The translations under genes were made by a program, and so were the position numbers. From NCBI GenBank assembly GCA_965197645.1, contig OZ240219.1, forward strand, positions 2,848,001 through 2,912,000: DNA of 64,000 bases, given 5' to 3'. Below are positions 31,442-42,211 of the stretch, in pieces. The DNA comes from Dehalococcoidia bacterium (GTDB lineage: Bacteria; Chloroflexota; Dehalococcoidia; Plut-88900). The notes under the pieces are model-generated. The model saw only the letters and a program-made list of their open reading frames with translations. It was not told the DNA's origin and ran no database searches. The stretch's first letter is position 1; each line of letters begins with the position of its first letter.

Positions 31442-32089
31442 ATGGCCATGAAATCTCTATCGAAGCAGCGGCAAAAAGTCCTGGACACCATCCGGGAGTT
31501 CCTCGATGACAGGGGGTATCCACCAACGGTGCGAGACATCGTGCACGCGTGCAAGATGAGTTCCACGTCCGTGGCCGACTATCACCTGCGCGCCCTCGAG
31601 CGGGAAGGCTACATTAACAGGCACTCCGGCGTATCCAGGGGCATTGAGATAGTAGGCGAAGAGCGGGGCATCAAGAACACGGTCAAAGCGCCCATTATAG
31701 GCAGCATAGCAGCCGGTGCTCCACTTCCCGTACCCTCCACAGACGTGCTGGCCGCCGTAGACTCTTCCGATGCCGTGGAGATACCCCAAGAGATGATCGG
31801 CAACAAGGCCGGAGTTTACGCTCTGAGAGTCAAAGGTTCCTCCATGGTCGATGCCCTCATCGATGACGGCGACATAGTTCTGATGGAGTATGCCAACACC
31901 GCCGAGGACGGGGAGACGGTGGCCGCGTGGCTGGAAGCGGAGGAGGAGGTAACTTTGAAGAAGATCTATCGGGAGAAAGGGAGGGTGCGGCTCCAACCCG
32001 CCAACAGCCAGATGAAGCCTATATACGCGGACCCTGCCAACGTTTCCATCAAGGGCAAGGTGGTCGGCGTCATCAGGCAGCTTATCTGA
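31442..32089 (+). CDS. lexA: SOS repressor LexA
   Basis: GYPPTVRDI HTH, IAAG cleavage site, GSSM catalytic Ser and VTLK catalytic Lys. Confidence 0.96.
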   Translation: MAMKSLSKQRQKVLDTIREFLDDRGYPPTVRDIVHACKMSSTSVADYHLRALEREGYINRHSGVSRGIEIVGEERGIKNTVKAPIIGSIAAGAPLPVPSTDVLAAVDSSDAVEIPQEMIGNKAGVYALRVKGSSMVDALIDDGDIVLMEYANTAEDGETVAAWLEAEEEVTLKKIYREKGRVRLQPANSQMKPIYADPANVSIKGKVVGVIRQLI

Positions 32090-32113
32090 ACCCCCAGCCC
32101 CCCGGAAAACCAA

Positions 32114-32144
32114 GAAGGCTCTCTACCGAGAGCCTTCCTTTTTT
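32114..32144 (+). terminator. Intrinsic terminator after lexA
   Basis: GAAGGCTCTC-TACC-GAGAGCCTTC followed by CTTTTTT. Confidence 0.85.
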
Positions 32145-32204
32145 CGGTCTAATGACAGGCCGACATGTGCGCCCCAAGGGCGGCCCGCCATTCGTCATTC
32201 TATC

Positions 32205-32348
32205 CTAGTCCGCTGAAGGCAGCGGTTTCGGCTGCTGTAGGGTCATCTCCTGGCTGCAGCAGTTTACCAGCCCATCGCCGGCCTTCGTGCACAGCACCTG
32301 GCTGCCGCAGACATCGCATACAAACCGTTTGCCTAGGAGATTAGCCAT
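32205..32348 (-). CDS. Desulforedoxin-like small protein (47 aa)
   Basis: Manual translation MANLLGKRFVCDVCGSQVLCTKAGDGLVNCCSQEMTLQQPKPLPSAD; CxxC...CC pattern; AGGGGG RBS. Confidence 0.85.
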   Translation of the reverse strand: MANLLGKRFVCDVCGSQVLCTKAGDGLVNCCSQEMTLQQPKPLPSAD

Positions 32349-32386
32349 ATCTTTCCCCCTACTGAATTTTCATCGATGGGCGATGG

Positions 32387-32503
32387 TTACTTGAGCACCA
32401 TCTCCTTGCCGCAGCATACTATGGTGCCGTCACCGCCCCTGGTCACTATGAACTCGGACCCGCAGGTCTCACATCTGTACCTTTTGCCTGTTTGATTACC
32501 CAA
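32387..32503 (-). CDS. Desulforedoxin-like small protein (38 aa)
   Basis: Manual translation from TTG: MGNQTGKRYRCETCGSEFIVTRGGDGTIVCCGKEMVLK; CxxC...CC pattern. Confidence 0.82.
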   Translation of the reverse strand: MGNQTGKRYRCETCGSEFIVTRGGDGTIVCCGKEMVLK

Positions 32504-32765
32504 TTCCTGCCTCTCGTCTGTCCGTAGTCTCTTGGGCCGCTCTCAGGAAACAGCACGCCTGTAGCGGCATAGCGAACAGATTATAGCTACCACGTTCCGA
32601 TCTCGTCAACAGATTGCAGCCTTGATATGTGAAGATTATTGCAAGCGCCGTCTTGCTGGTGCTATGATTGTCTACCATTAACTATAGTCAGCACAATCAC
32701 TAGGTTCCAATCACCCTTCAACGCACCGCGCGCAACACACCTTCACGGCTGCCGGGAACGTCATT

Positions 32766-33569
32766 TTGAATCGAATTCCAACCACCTTCGAAAGGCTGAA
32801 GAGAGAGCATCGCACCGGCGTCGCTCTATACCTGACCGTCGGATTCCCCGACCGCGAGTCGACCCTGCCCTTGCTCACCGCAATGGTCGAAGGCGGCGTT
32901 GATTTTCTAGAGCTCGGCGTCCCGTTCAGCGACCCTCTAGCCGATGGAGCCACCATTCAACGTGCCAACCAGGTGGCGTTGAAGAACAACATAACTCTGC
33001 GGGACTGCCTGGATGTTTGCGCCGAGGCCCGGCGCCGGTTTTCCGATATACCCATCCTCATGATGGGCTACTGTAATCCACTGTTCAGCTACGGGTTGGA
33101 TCGGTTCGCCCGGGACGGTGCAGAGGCCGGCTTAGACGGCCTGATCCTCGTCGATCTACCTCCCGAGGAGTCCGGGCCTGTTGTGGAGGCTTGCCGGCCC
33201 CGGGGAATGGAGGTCATCTACCTGCTGGCCCCGACTAGCACCGACGAGCGTCTCCGCACTATTTGCGACGCCTCTACCAGCCTCATCTACTGTGTCAGCG
33301 TGACTGGAGTGACCGGCGCTCGGCGGGAAGTCGCCAGCGACCTGCCCGACTTCATTTCGCGTATAAGGAAGGTGACATCGACACCCCTGGTTGTGGGTTT
33401 TGGCATATCAACCCGGGCTCACGTTGAGGCCGTCGGGGAGCACGCGGACTCCGTAGTGGTAGGAAGCGCCCTAATCCGCCTGATCGATGATTCACCCCCT
33501 TCTGAACGGACCGCCAGAGTGAGAGAATACGCAGAAGAGCTGGCCGGGCGACGGGCCCTGGCCGTCTAA
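32766..33569 (+). CDS. trpA: Tryptophan synthase alpha chain
   Basis: ELGVPFSDPLADGATIQ, VDLPPEE, GVTGAR and VGFGIS motifs. Confidence 0.95.
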   Translation: MNRIPTTFERLKREHRTGVALYLTVGFPDRESTLPLLTAMVEGGVDFLELGVPFSDPLADGATIQRANQVALKNNITLRDCLDVCAEARRRFSDIPILMMGYCNPLFSYGLDRFARDGAEAGLDGLILVDLPPEESGPVVEACRPRGMEVIYLLAPTSTDERLRTICDASTSLIYCVSVTGVTGARREVASDLPDFISRIRKVTSTPLVVGFGISTRAHVEAVGEHADSVVVGSALIRLIDDSPPSERTARVREYAEELAGRRALAV

Positions 33570-33581
33570 GGAGCTATAGGT

Positions 33582-33959
33582 TTGTGGTGCAGAGGGATAC
33601 GCGGCGCCACCACAGTGGAGGAAAACACAAAAGAGGCGATATTGGACGCTACCAGGGAGCTCCTTCAGATCATGGTCGAAGCCAACGATGTAGCGGTTGA
33701 CGACGTCGGTTCGGCGACCTTCACTACCACCTCCGATATCAACGCAGAGTATCCCGCCGTAGCCGCCCGGCAGTTGGGTTGGCACGATGCCGCACTGCTC
33801 TGCGGCCACGAGATGAACGTCCCGGACAGCCTGACCAAATGCATACGCATCCTGCTGATGTACAACACCGAAAAGAGCGCCCAGGAGATCAACCACATCT
33901 ATATCAAGAACGCAGTGAATCTAAGGCCGCCCAGAGACGGCGGCGAAACTCAGTCCTGA
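33582..33959 (+). CDS. aroH: Chorismate mutase, AroH type
   Basis: RGIRGATT, YPAVAAR, KCIRIL and NLRP motifs. Confidence 0.93.
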   Translation: MWCRGIRGATTVEENTKEAILDATRELLQIMVEANDVAVDDVGSATFTTTSDINAEYPAVAARQLGWHDAALLCGHEMNVPDSLTKCIRILLMYNTEKSAQEINHIYIKNAVNLRPPRDGGETQS

Positions 33960-33975
33960 GCCAGGGAGCACGACA

Positions 33976-35001
33976 ATGATTGTCATCATGAGGCCCGAAA
34001 GTACCGTAGAGGAGATCACCGCAATCCAGGAGCGCCTGGAGGAGATGGGCCTGCAGACCCATCTTTCCGAGGGCGTCGAGAGGACGGTTATCGGAGTCAT
34101 CGGCAAGACCTATCCTGAACTCAAGGACACTCTGGAATACATGGATGGGGTGTCCGAGGTTGTGCGCGTATCCAAGGCTTTCAAGCTACCCAGCCGCGAT
34201 TTTCACCCGGACGACACGTTAATCGAGGTCGGTGGTGTAGTAATCGGTGGCCCGGACCCCGTCATCATGGCAGGACCCTGCGCCGTCGAGAACCAGGAGC
34301 AACTCTTCAAGACCGCCCGTGCCGTCAAAGCCGCCGGCGCCAACGTCCTTCGCGGCGGCGCCTTCAAACCTCGCACGTCTCCTTACAGCTTCCGAGGCCT
34401 GGGTGAGGACGGTCTGCGGCTCCTTGCTGAGGCCAGGGCCGAGTTCGACCTCCCCATCATCACTGAGGTTATGGCCCCGCAAGACGTGGAGCTGGTCGCC
34501 AGGTACGCCGATATCCTTCAAGTCGGCGCGCGGAACATGCAGAACTTCAACCTGCTCGACGAGGTGGGCCGCAGCGATAAGCCGGTCATGGTCAAACGAG
34601 GCCTATCTGCCACCATCGAAGAGTGGCTCCTCGCCGCCGAATACGTCCTCGCCGAGGGTAACTCCCAGGTCATGCTTTGCGAACGGGGCATCCGCACCTT
34701 CGAGACCTTTACCCGCAACACCCTGGATATCAGTGCGGTGCCCGTCATCAAACGATTGAGCCACCTGCCCATCATCGCCGACCCTAGCCACGCCACCGGA
34801 AAATGGTATCTGGTATCTCCCATGGCCCTGGCCGCCATGGCTGCCGGCGCCCACGGCATCATCGTCGAGGTGCACCCCACTCCGGAGACCGCGCTCTGCG
34901 ACGGGGCCCAGGCCCTGACCTTCGAGTCCTTTGAGAGCATGATGCAAAAGCTGAGCGTCATCGTCCAACCCTTGCGGGAGCTCACCCCCCAGCGCGCCTG
35001 A
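33976..35001 (+). CDS. aroF: DAHP synthase type I-beta with N-terminal regulatory domain
   Basis: AGPCAVE, GGAFKPRTSPYSF, GARNMQN and DPSH motifs. Confidence 0.93.
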   Translation: MIVIMRPESTVEEITAIQERLEEMGLQTHLSEGVERTVIGVIGKTYPELKDTLEYMDGVSEVVRVSKAFKLPSRDFHPDDTLIEVGGVVIGGPDPVIMAGPCAVENQEQLFKTARAVKAAGANVLRGGAFKPRTSPYSFRGLGEDGLRLLAEARAEFDLPIITEVMAPQDVELVARYADILQVGARNMQNFNLLDEVGRSDKPVMVKRGLSATIEEWLLAAEYVLAEGNSQVMLCERGIRTFETFTRNTLDISAVPVIKRLSHLPIIADPSHATGKWYLVSPMALAAMAAGAHGIIVEVHPTPETALCDGAQALTFESFESMMQKLSVIVQPLRELTPQRA

Positions 35002-35338
35002 TCCTGAAATCCCGGTTCCGTATCTCACATCCAGGGTGTCCGGGGGGGAAACGAGCCTCCGGCGGACAGTAGCATCCCCCGACCCCACGAGGGCTTACAC
35101 GCCACTGTCATTTGATGCACCCTAGCAGATTTTGCTCTTGGGGAGGGGGAGCATGCGGACGCAATCCGGGACGGGCAATTGACCTGGGAGAAAAGACCTA
35201 CCTGGGTGTCAGGCAGGTCCCGCAAGCGTTATCAATCATCCTTGAGCGCTCCACCTTGCCGTTGGAACGTTTTTGTGTACAATTGCTCTTCGCTAGGAAG
35301 ACTGTACGACAAGACCGTAGATCCTCACGGAGGTGTAG

Positions 35339-35671
35339 ATGGCGAACTACCTGTTGGTCGAGTCCAGAGATCCCTTCGAGTATGGGGACGTCGGCTACTT
35401 TACCGGAGTAGCCAGCGATCTCGCCGGCGCGGGCAACGACGTCACCCTGTTCTTGATACAAAACGCCGTCCTCATGTCCCGAAAGGGCGTCGCCGGCGAT
35501 CCCCTCGCCTCGTGCCTCTCCTCGAATAAGATCGACGTCAAGGCGGACGAGTTCTCACTCAAGGAACGAGGCATCGGCGCCGCGTCGATGGCAGCGGGAG
35601 TAACAGCCAGCGACGTCGATGAGCTGGTGGACCTTTTGACCCAGGACGGGATTAAGGCCGTCTGGCACTAG
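35339..35671 (+). CDS. DsrE/F/H-like family protein
   Basis: VTLFLIQNAV and ADEFSLKERGI are DsrE-fold signatures; GGAGG RBS. Confidence 0.8.
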   Translation: MANYLLVESRDPFEYGDVGYFTGVASDLAGAGNDVTLFLIQNAVLMSRKGVAGDPLASCLSSNKIDVKADEFSLKERGIGAASMAAGVTASDVDELVDLLTQDGIKAVWH

Positions 35672-35687
35672 AGAGGAGCAGCTAATC

Positions 35688-36086
35688 ATGGCCAAGACCC
35701 TTACCGTATCTTTTATGGACTCCCCTTACGAATCGGAGACCACCACTACCGTCCTCCGCATCGTCGATTCCGCACTGAACAAAGGACACAACGTCAACGT
35801 GTTTGCCTATGAAGGCGCTGTGACCCTCACCATGAGCGAGCAGTCCCCTCACCCCAACCCGGTTAAGGGCACCTCAATCGAGGAGCAGGACCACCCTACC
35901 ACGTCCAAGTTCGTCGAGGGGTTGTTCAAGAAGAGCAAAGGCAAGCTCGACTGGATCAACTGAGGCCTCTGCGTGGATGAGCGTGGCTCGTCCAACTGGA
36001 TCGAAGGCCCTCGAAGGGGCGCCCCCAAGGACCTGCTGGACTGGTCTCAGTCCAGCGATAGCACCCTGATCATAGGTTGCCGATAG
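35688..36086 (+). CDS. DsrE-like selenoprotein (132 aa, UxxC, Sec at TGA 35961-35963)
   Basis: Read-through gives KLDWIN-U-GLCVDERGSSNWIEGPRRGAPKDLLDWSQSSDSTLIIGCR*, which fills the gap to the next gene's RBS. Confidence 0.88.
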
Positions 36087-36096
36087 GAGGACTCAA

Positions 36097-36480
36097 GTGG
36101 CCAAGATACTCAGCATCATGGAGCGGGCCTACCACGGCACCCTGGAAGAGCAGGACGATACCAACATGTGGATCACCGCTGCCATGACCGGCGCCGGCGG
36201 CGAATTCTCCGTCCTCCTGCGGGGAAATGCCGTTAACTACGCCGTTAAGGGTCAGGATGCCAGCGGTCTGACCATAGGCGACGTTCCACTCAGCGTCCCG
36301 CCCAAGCTCGATGAAGACCTGGCCGACCTCATCGGCAAAGGAGTCGACGTTTACGCCGTCCTGGACGACATACAGGCACGGGCGATAACGGCGGCCGACC
36401 TGATAGACGGCGTCAAGGTCATCCCTCAGGCCAAGATCGCCGAGCTGTGGGACCAGCACGATTCTATCTGGCACTGGTAA
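36097..36480 (+). CDS. DsrE/F-like family protein
   Basis: SVLLRGNAVNYAVKGQ and VYAVLDDIQARAI motifs; third gene of the cluster. Confidence 0.8.
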   Translation: MAKILSIMERAYHGTLEEQDDTNMWITAAMTGAGGEFSVLLRGNAVNYAVKGQDASGLTIGDVPLSVPPKLDEDLADLIGKGVDVYAVLDDIQARAITAADLIDGVKVIPQAKIAELWDQHDSIWHW

Positions 36481-36498
36481 CAGACCACTGGAAGCCTC

Positions 36499-36529
36499 AA
36501 GGGGGAGCGGGGTAGCCACTCCCCCTTTT
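36499..36529 (+). terminator. Intrinsic terminator after the dsrE-like cluster
   Basis: AAGGGGGAGCGG-GGTAG-CCACTCCCCCTTTT. Confidence 0.7.
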
Positions 36530-36612
36530 CAATTGCCCGTTTTTCAACCGCTGTGATATACTGCTTGAACTAATTCCCCTACGCTTGGAGGAGGCCCGGT
36601 CCCAGGATTGTT

Positions 36613-37524
36613 ATGGTAGAACTAAAAGAACCTACAACCCAGCAGGCGGAGGCGCCCGAGGCGCCCCCGCCCGTCACGATGAAGCTACTGCTGGAATCAG
36701 GGGTCCACTTCGGGCACCAGACGCGACGATGGCACCCGAAGATGAGATCCTTCATTTTCACGCAGCGCAACGGCATCCACATCATAGACCTCCAGCAGAC
36801 TATGACCAAGCTGGAGGAGGCCTGCGAATACGTCAAAGAGCTGGTGGCCGACGGAGGCGAAATCCTCTTCGTCGGCACCAAGAAGCAGGCCCAAGACGTG
36901 GTGGAAGAGGCCGCCACCCGCTGCGGCATGCACTATGTCAAGACCCGCTGGCTGGGAGGCACCCTGACCAATTTCAACACCATCCAGGGCCGCATCGACT
37001 ATCTGGTCAGGCTGGAGGACCGCAAGGCCAAGGGAGGCCTCGAAGCTCTTCCGAAGAAAGAGGCCCTAGAGCTTGGACGCCAGATGGTCCGCATGAACCG
37101 TCTGATGTCCGGAATCAAGGAGATGACCAGGCTCCCCGACGCTGTGTTCGTCATCGATCCGGGCAAGGAGTCCATCGCCGTCGCAGAGGCCAGACGAATG
37201 GACGTCCCCATCGTCGCCATCGTCGACACCGATTGTGACCCCAACCTCATCGACTACCCCGTCCCGGGCAACGACGACGCCATTCGCTCGGTCAAGCTGA
37301 TGTGTGGCAAACTGGCCGACTCCGTGTTGGAGGGCATCAGCCTCCGGCTCCAGAGGGTGGAGGAGGAGCAAAAGCTGATGGAGGAGTCCATGGAAGACCT
37401 GCCCGCGGATTCCCCCAATGCACCCGCCTCCGAGCTCGAGACCGGCGACCCGGTTCCGGAACCCCCAGTAGTCACCGAGGCCGAGTTCAAACAACCCGAA
37501 GAGTCCCCGAAACCGGCGGATTGA
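36613..37524 (+). CDS. rpsB: 30S ribosomal protein S2
   Basis: [24 protein letters not shown] and PGNDDAIRS motifs. Confidence 0.97.
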   Translation: MVELKEPTTQQAEAPEAPPPVTMKLLLESGVHFGHQTRRWHPKMRSFIFTQRNGIHIIDLQQTMTKLEEACEYVKELVADGGEILFVGTKKQAQDVVEEAATRCGMHYVKTRWLGGTLTNFNTIQGRIDYLVRLEDRKAKGGLEALPKKEALELGRQMVRMNRLMSGIKEMTRLPDAVFVIDPGKESIAVAEARRMDVPIVAIVDTDCDPNLIDYPVPGNDDAIRSVKLMCGKLADSVLEGISLRLQRVEEEQKLMEESMEDLPADSPNAPASELETGDPVPEPPVVTEAEFKQPEESPKPAD

Positions 37525-37527
37525 TCC

Positions 37528-38031
37528 GTGCCAGTATCCACCGAATCGATAAAAGAGTTGAGAGAGCGCTCGGGCGCGGGCATCATGGACTGCAAGCGAG
37601 CGCTGGAGGAGGCCCAGGGCGTCATCGAGGAAGCGGAAAAGCTGCTGGCCGCCAAGGGCCTCGCCGCTGCTACCAAGAAGGCGGAACGAGTCGCCGAGCA
37701 GGGTCTGGTTGAGACCTATATCCACGCCGGCGGTAAGCTGGGCGCCATGGTGGAGGTCAACTGCGAGACCGATTTCGTAGCCCGTACAGACGAGTTCAAG
37801 ACTCTAGCCCACGAAATCGCCATGCAGGTTGCGGCTATGGACCCTCAGTACGTCTCCCAAGACGACATGCCCGAGGATTCCACCGACGTACTGGAAGAGG
37901 TCTGCCTGCTCAATCAGGCCTTCATTCGAGACCCCGAAAGAACCATCCAGGACCTGGTCACGGAGACCATCGCCCGGACCGGTGAGAACATCAAAGTAAG
38001 GCGGTACGCCAGGTTCGAACTGGGCAAGTGA
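37528..38031 (+). CDS. tsf: Elongation factor Ts (short form)
   Basis: LRERSGAGIMDCKRAL and EVNCETDFVA motifs. Confidence 0.96.
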   Translation: MPVSTESIKELRERSGAGIMDCKRALEEAQGVIEEAEKLLAAKGLAAATKKAERVAEQGLVETYIHAGGKLGAMVEVNCETDFVARTDEFKTLAHEIAMQVAAMDPQYVSQDDMPEDSTDVLEEVCLLNQAFIRDPERTIQDLVTETIARTGENIKVRRYARFELGK

Positions 38032-38041
38032 GCTAGTCTAA

Positions 38042-38785
<744 letters not shown>

Positions 38786-38905
38786 TCCGCCTTTATGGCA
38801 TAAGACCTTGTTCAACGCCCCCTCTTACCGTTACAATCATCCGCACGGCTGTCACGTTTTCCTATTGGGCGCCCAGGTTTGCCGGCGCCAAATGCGCGGG
38901 TTACG

Positions 38906-39463
38906 ATGACTGACAAAGCTATATCCGACGCCGAAAGCAAGATGAAGAGCGCCAACGAGGCGTTGCGTCGGGATCTTGCCACCCTCAGGACGGGCCGGGC
39001 AAGTACCGGCATCGTTGAGAACCTGCAGGTGGAGGCCTACGGCGCACCCATGCCCCTGAACCAGCTCGCCAGCCTATCGGTGCCCGAGGCCAGGCTCATC
39101 ACCATCCAGCCGTGGGACAAACAGAACCTGGCCCAGATAGAACGGGCCATCCTCCAGGCCAATCTGGGGCTAAATCCCAGCAACGATGGCACCATCCTCC
39201 GTATCCCCATACCCGCCCTTACCGAGGAGCGCAGGAAGGAGCTGGTGAAGATGGTCCATCAGCGGGTCGAAGAGGGCCGAGTTAGCCTACGCAACGCCCG
39301 TCGGGACTCCATCGATCAGGTCCGCAGCCAGGAGAAGAAGAAGGAAGTATCCGAGGACGAAAGGCGCAGGGCCGAGGACCGGCTTCAGAAGCTGACCGAC
39401 GACTATACCAACAAGATCAATGAGCTGGGGCAGGCCAAAGAGAAGGAGTTGATGGAGGACTGA
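38906..39463 (+). CDS. frr: Ribosome recycling factor
   Basis: LRTGRAS and LTEERRKELVK motifs; ATG 38906 is the likely start. Confidence 0.96.
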   Translation: MTDKAISDAESKMKSANEALRRDLATLRTGRASTGIVENLQVEAYGAPMPLNQLASLSVPEARLITIQPWDKQNLAQIERAILQANLGLNPSNDGTILRIPIPALTEERRKELVKMVHQRVEEGRVSLRNARRDSIDQVRSQEKKKEVSEDERRRAEDRLQKLTDDYTNKINELGQAKEKELMED

Positions 39464-39498
39464 CCCGCTCAAATCCCAGTTCCCATTAAAGAATCCCA

Positions 39499-40245
39499 GT
39501 GACAATACAACCCATCGAGGTGGACGAGTCCCAGGAACCCGAGTCCGAAATCGCCAACACCCCGCAGCACGTCGCCATCATCATGGACGGCAACGGGCGT
39601 TGGGCGCAAAAGCGGAGCCTTCCCCGTTTGGAGGGTCACCGGGTGGGCATCGATAACATCAGGCGGGTCATCGAGACCTTCGCCGATTTCCATGTCCCCT
39701 ACCTGACACTCTTCGCTTTCTCCACCGAAAACTGGAGCCGCCCCGAAGAGGAGGTCTACGGGCTGATCCGTTTCCTCGCCTCCTCCATAGAGGAAGAGAC
39801 CAGGAACCTGCACGAAAAGGGCGTGAGGATACGCCACCTCGGGAGGATGGACCGATTGCCCAAGGACGTGCAGGTGTCCATTGACAAAGCCCTCGATCTG
39901 ACCAAGAACAACGACGTCATCACCGTTTCCATCGCCTTCGATTACGGCGGCCGCGACGAGATTCTCCAGGCGATGCAACAGATCGCCAGGGACGGAATCC
40001 CCACCGACGCCATCGACGAGCAGCTGGTCTCCAGGTACCTCTACACCGACGGCATTCCGGACCCGGACATGATTATCCGTACCGCCGGAGAGCTGCGCCT
40101 CAGCAATTTCCTCATCTGGCAGTCCGCCTACAGCGAGTACTACTTCACCGACAAGACCTGGCCTGACTTCGACCGTGAAGAAGTCCGAAAGGCTCTCCAG
40201 GCTTATTCATACAGGCAAAGAAGGTTCGGCAGAGTACGGGTCTGA
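39499..40245 (+). CDS. uppS: Undecaprenyl diphosphate synthase
   Basis: HVAIIMDGNGRWA, FSTENWSRP and RLSNFLIWQ motifs. Confidence 0.96.
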   Translation: MTIQPIEVDESQEPESEIANTPQHVAIIMDGNGRWAQKRSLPRLEGHRVGIDNIRRVIETFADFHVPYLTLFAFSTENWSRPEEEVYGLIRFLASSIEEETRNLHEKGVRIRHLGRMDRLPKDVQVSIDKALDLTKNNDVITVSIAFDYGGRDEILQAMQQIARDGIPTDAIDEQLVSRYLYTDGIPDPDMIIRTAGELRLSNFLIWQSAYSEYYFTDKTWPDFDREEVRKALQAYSYRQRRFGRVRV

Positions 40246-40264
40246 GCCGGACATAGCTCCTGTG

Positions 40265-41095
40265 ATGGACACGTTCAGGCGTTACGCCCGGGCGAGGCGC
40301 GGTCTGGAGTTGCGGCTCCTCAGCGCTCTGGTCGGCCTACCCTCGCTCTTCGCAATCATCTGGTTCGGCGAGTCCTGGTTCTCCATCGCCATCGCCGCCG
40401 TCGCCCTGCTGGGCCTGCGAGAGTTCTACTCGCTGGTTTCCGTCAAATGGGGCCGACTTATGTTTGTGCCGGGTGCATTGGGGACCATCCTGTTCATTCT
40501 CAACGCCCGGTTCTCAGGCACCGATACCATGGGCTTCGTCGCCGCTGGAATCGTAGGCGTCTCCCTGCTCGTGTTCCCGTTGAGAAGGCGATGGAGGAGC
40601 GATTTCGCGCCCTGGCTCTGGACCGTTGTTGGTATATTCCTCTTCGGATGGGCCCTTAGCTACTGGATTCTTCTCAGGGACATCGAAGATGGGCGAGGGT
40701 GGGTGTTCCTCGTCGTCGCCACCATCTTTGCCGCCGATACCGGGGCTTACTTCGTCGGCCGAGCCATAGGCCGCCATAAACTGGCGCCGAGGCTGAGCCC
40801 GGCCAAGACGTGGGAAGGGGCCGTGGGAGGCGGGGCCGCAGCGCTCGGGGTGGCCGTTCTGGCGGACTACGTTACCGGTCTGCCTATCTCCGTGGTGGAG
40901 GCCCTCGTAGTCGGTGCTATAGCTGCCATAGTGTCTCCCGTAGGGGACCTGTCCGAATCGTATCTGAAGCGAAAAGCCGGAGAGAAGGAGGCCGGCCGGC
41001 TGGTGCCGGGCCACGGAGGCGTCATGGACCGGCTCGATAGCATCCTCCCCACTACCGTGGTGCTATACTATTATGTCCAATGGGTGACCGATTGA
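40265..41095 (+). CDS. cdsA: Phosphatidate cytidylyltransferase
   Basis: DTGAYFVG, SPAKTWEG, GDLSES and PGHGGVMDRLDS motifs; start uncertain. Confidence 0.93.
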   Translation: MDTFRRYARARRGLELRLLSALVGLPSLFAIIWFGESWFSIAIAAVALLGLREFYSLVSVKWGRLMFVPGALGTILFILNARFSGTDTMGFVAAGIVGVSLLVFPLRRRWRSDFAPWLWTVVGIFLFGWALSYWILLRDIEDGRGWVFLVVATIFAADTGAYFVGRAIGRHKLAPRLSPAKTWEGAVGGGAAALGVAVLADYVTGLPISVVEALVVGAIAAIVSPVGDLSESYLKRKAGEKEAGRLVPGHGGVMDRLDSILPTTVVLYYYVQWVTD

Positions 41096-42210
41096 AAGGC
41101 CTCGCCATACTAGGGTCGACCGGCTCGATAGGCTGCCAGACCCTGGACGTCGTGCGTTCCTTCCCTGACCGCTTCCAGGTTGTTGGGCTGGCCGCCGGCC
41201 AAAAGTCGGACCTGTTGCTGCAACAGGTCGAGGAGTTCAAGCCCCGCGTCGTCTACTGCGCCGGCGAGACCCCCGAGCTCCGCAGCTCTTTGGACGGCCG
41301 CGTCGAATGGGCCACCCTCGAGGAGATCGCCACTCATCCCGACGTCGATGCCGTGATGGTGGCCACCGTCGGCCGCGTGGGCATCGGCCCCACCCTGGCA
41401 GCCATAAAGGCGGGCAAGACCATAGTCCTGGCCAACAAAGAGGTCATCGTAGCTGCGGGCCAGCTGGTGATGTCGGAAGCGGAACGCTTCGGTGTGCCGG
41501 TCCTGCCGGTGGACAGCGAGCCCAGCGCCATCTGGCAGTGCCTCCAGGGGGAGGAGGGGCTCCTATCGAAGATCATACTTACCGCCTCCGGCGGGCCCTT
41601 CCGAGACCGTCCCATGGATGAGCTTGCCGACGTCACCCCCGAAGAGGCCCTCAATCACCCCACCTGGAGCATGGGCAAGAAGATCACCGTAGATTCCTCG
41701 ACCCTGATGAACAAGGGTATGGAGGTGATCGAGTCCCGCTGGATTTTCGATGTGCCCTTCGAAAACATAGATGTGGTCGTCCATCCCCAGAGCATAGTCC
41801 ACTCCTTCGTCGAGTTTCAGGACGGATCGCTGAAGGCCCAGATCGGCCCCACTGATATGCGACTCCCCATCCAGTACGCCCTAACCCACCCGGAGCGGTG
41901 GCATAACGGGCGTACCCCTCGGATGGGCTCCCTGGCCCGGGAGCAGTTCACCTTTAGAGAGCTGGACCTGCAGCGCTACCCCTGCTTTTCCCTGGCGGTG
42001 GAAGCGGGCAAGAAGAGCGGTACCTATCCCGCCGCCATGAGCGCCGCCGACGAGGTCGCGGTGGACCTGTTCCTCAACCGGCGCATTGGGTTCAACGACA
42101 TCTACCACGTCGTGGACTCCGTTTTGGACAAACACACCCCCGTCTACAACCCCTCCATAGAGCAGATCCTGGAAGCCGATCGCTGGGCCCGCGCCGAAGC
42201 CGCCGGCTAG
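41080..42210 (+). CDS. dxr: 1-deoxy-D-xylulose-5-phosphate reductoisomerase
   Basis: LGSTGSIG, LANKE, PVDSE, TASGGPF and NKGMEVIE motifs. Confidence 0.96.
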   Translation: MGDRLKGLAILGSTGSIGCQTLDVVRSFPDRFQVVGLAAGQKSDLLLQQVEEFKPRVVYCAGETPELRSSLDGRVEWATLEEIATHPDVDAVMVATVGRVGIGPTLAAIKAGKTIVLANKEVIVAAGQLVMSEAERFGVPVLPVDSEPSAIWQCLQGEEGLLSKIILTASGGPFRDRPMDELADVTPEEALNHPTWSMGKKITVDSSTLMNKGMEVIESRWIFDVPFENIDVVVHPQSIVHSFVEFQDGSLKAQIGPTDMRLPIQYALTHPERWHNGRTPRMGSLAREQFTFRELDLQRYPCFSLAVEAGKKSGTYPAAMSAADEVAVDLFLNRRIGFNDIYHVVDSVLDKHTPVYNPSIEQILEADRWARAEAAG

Positions 42211-42211
42211 C

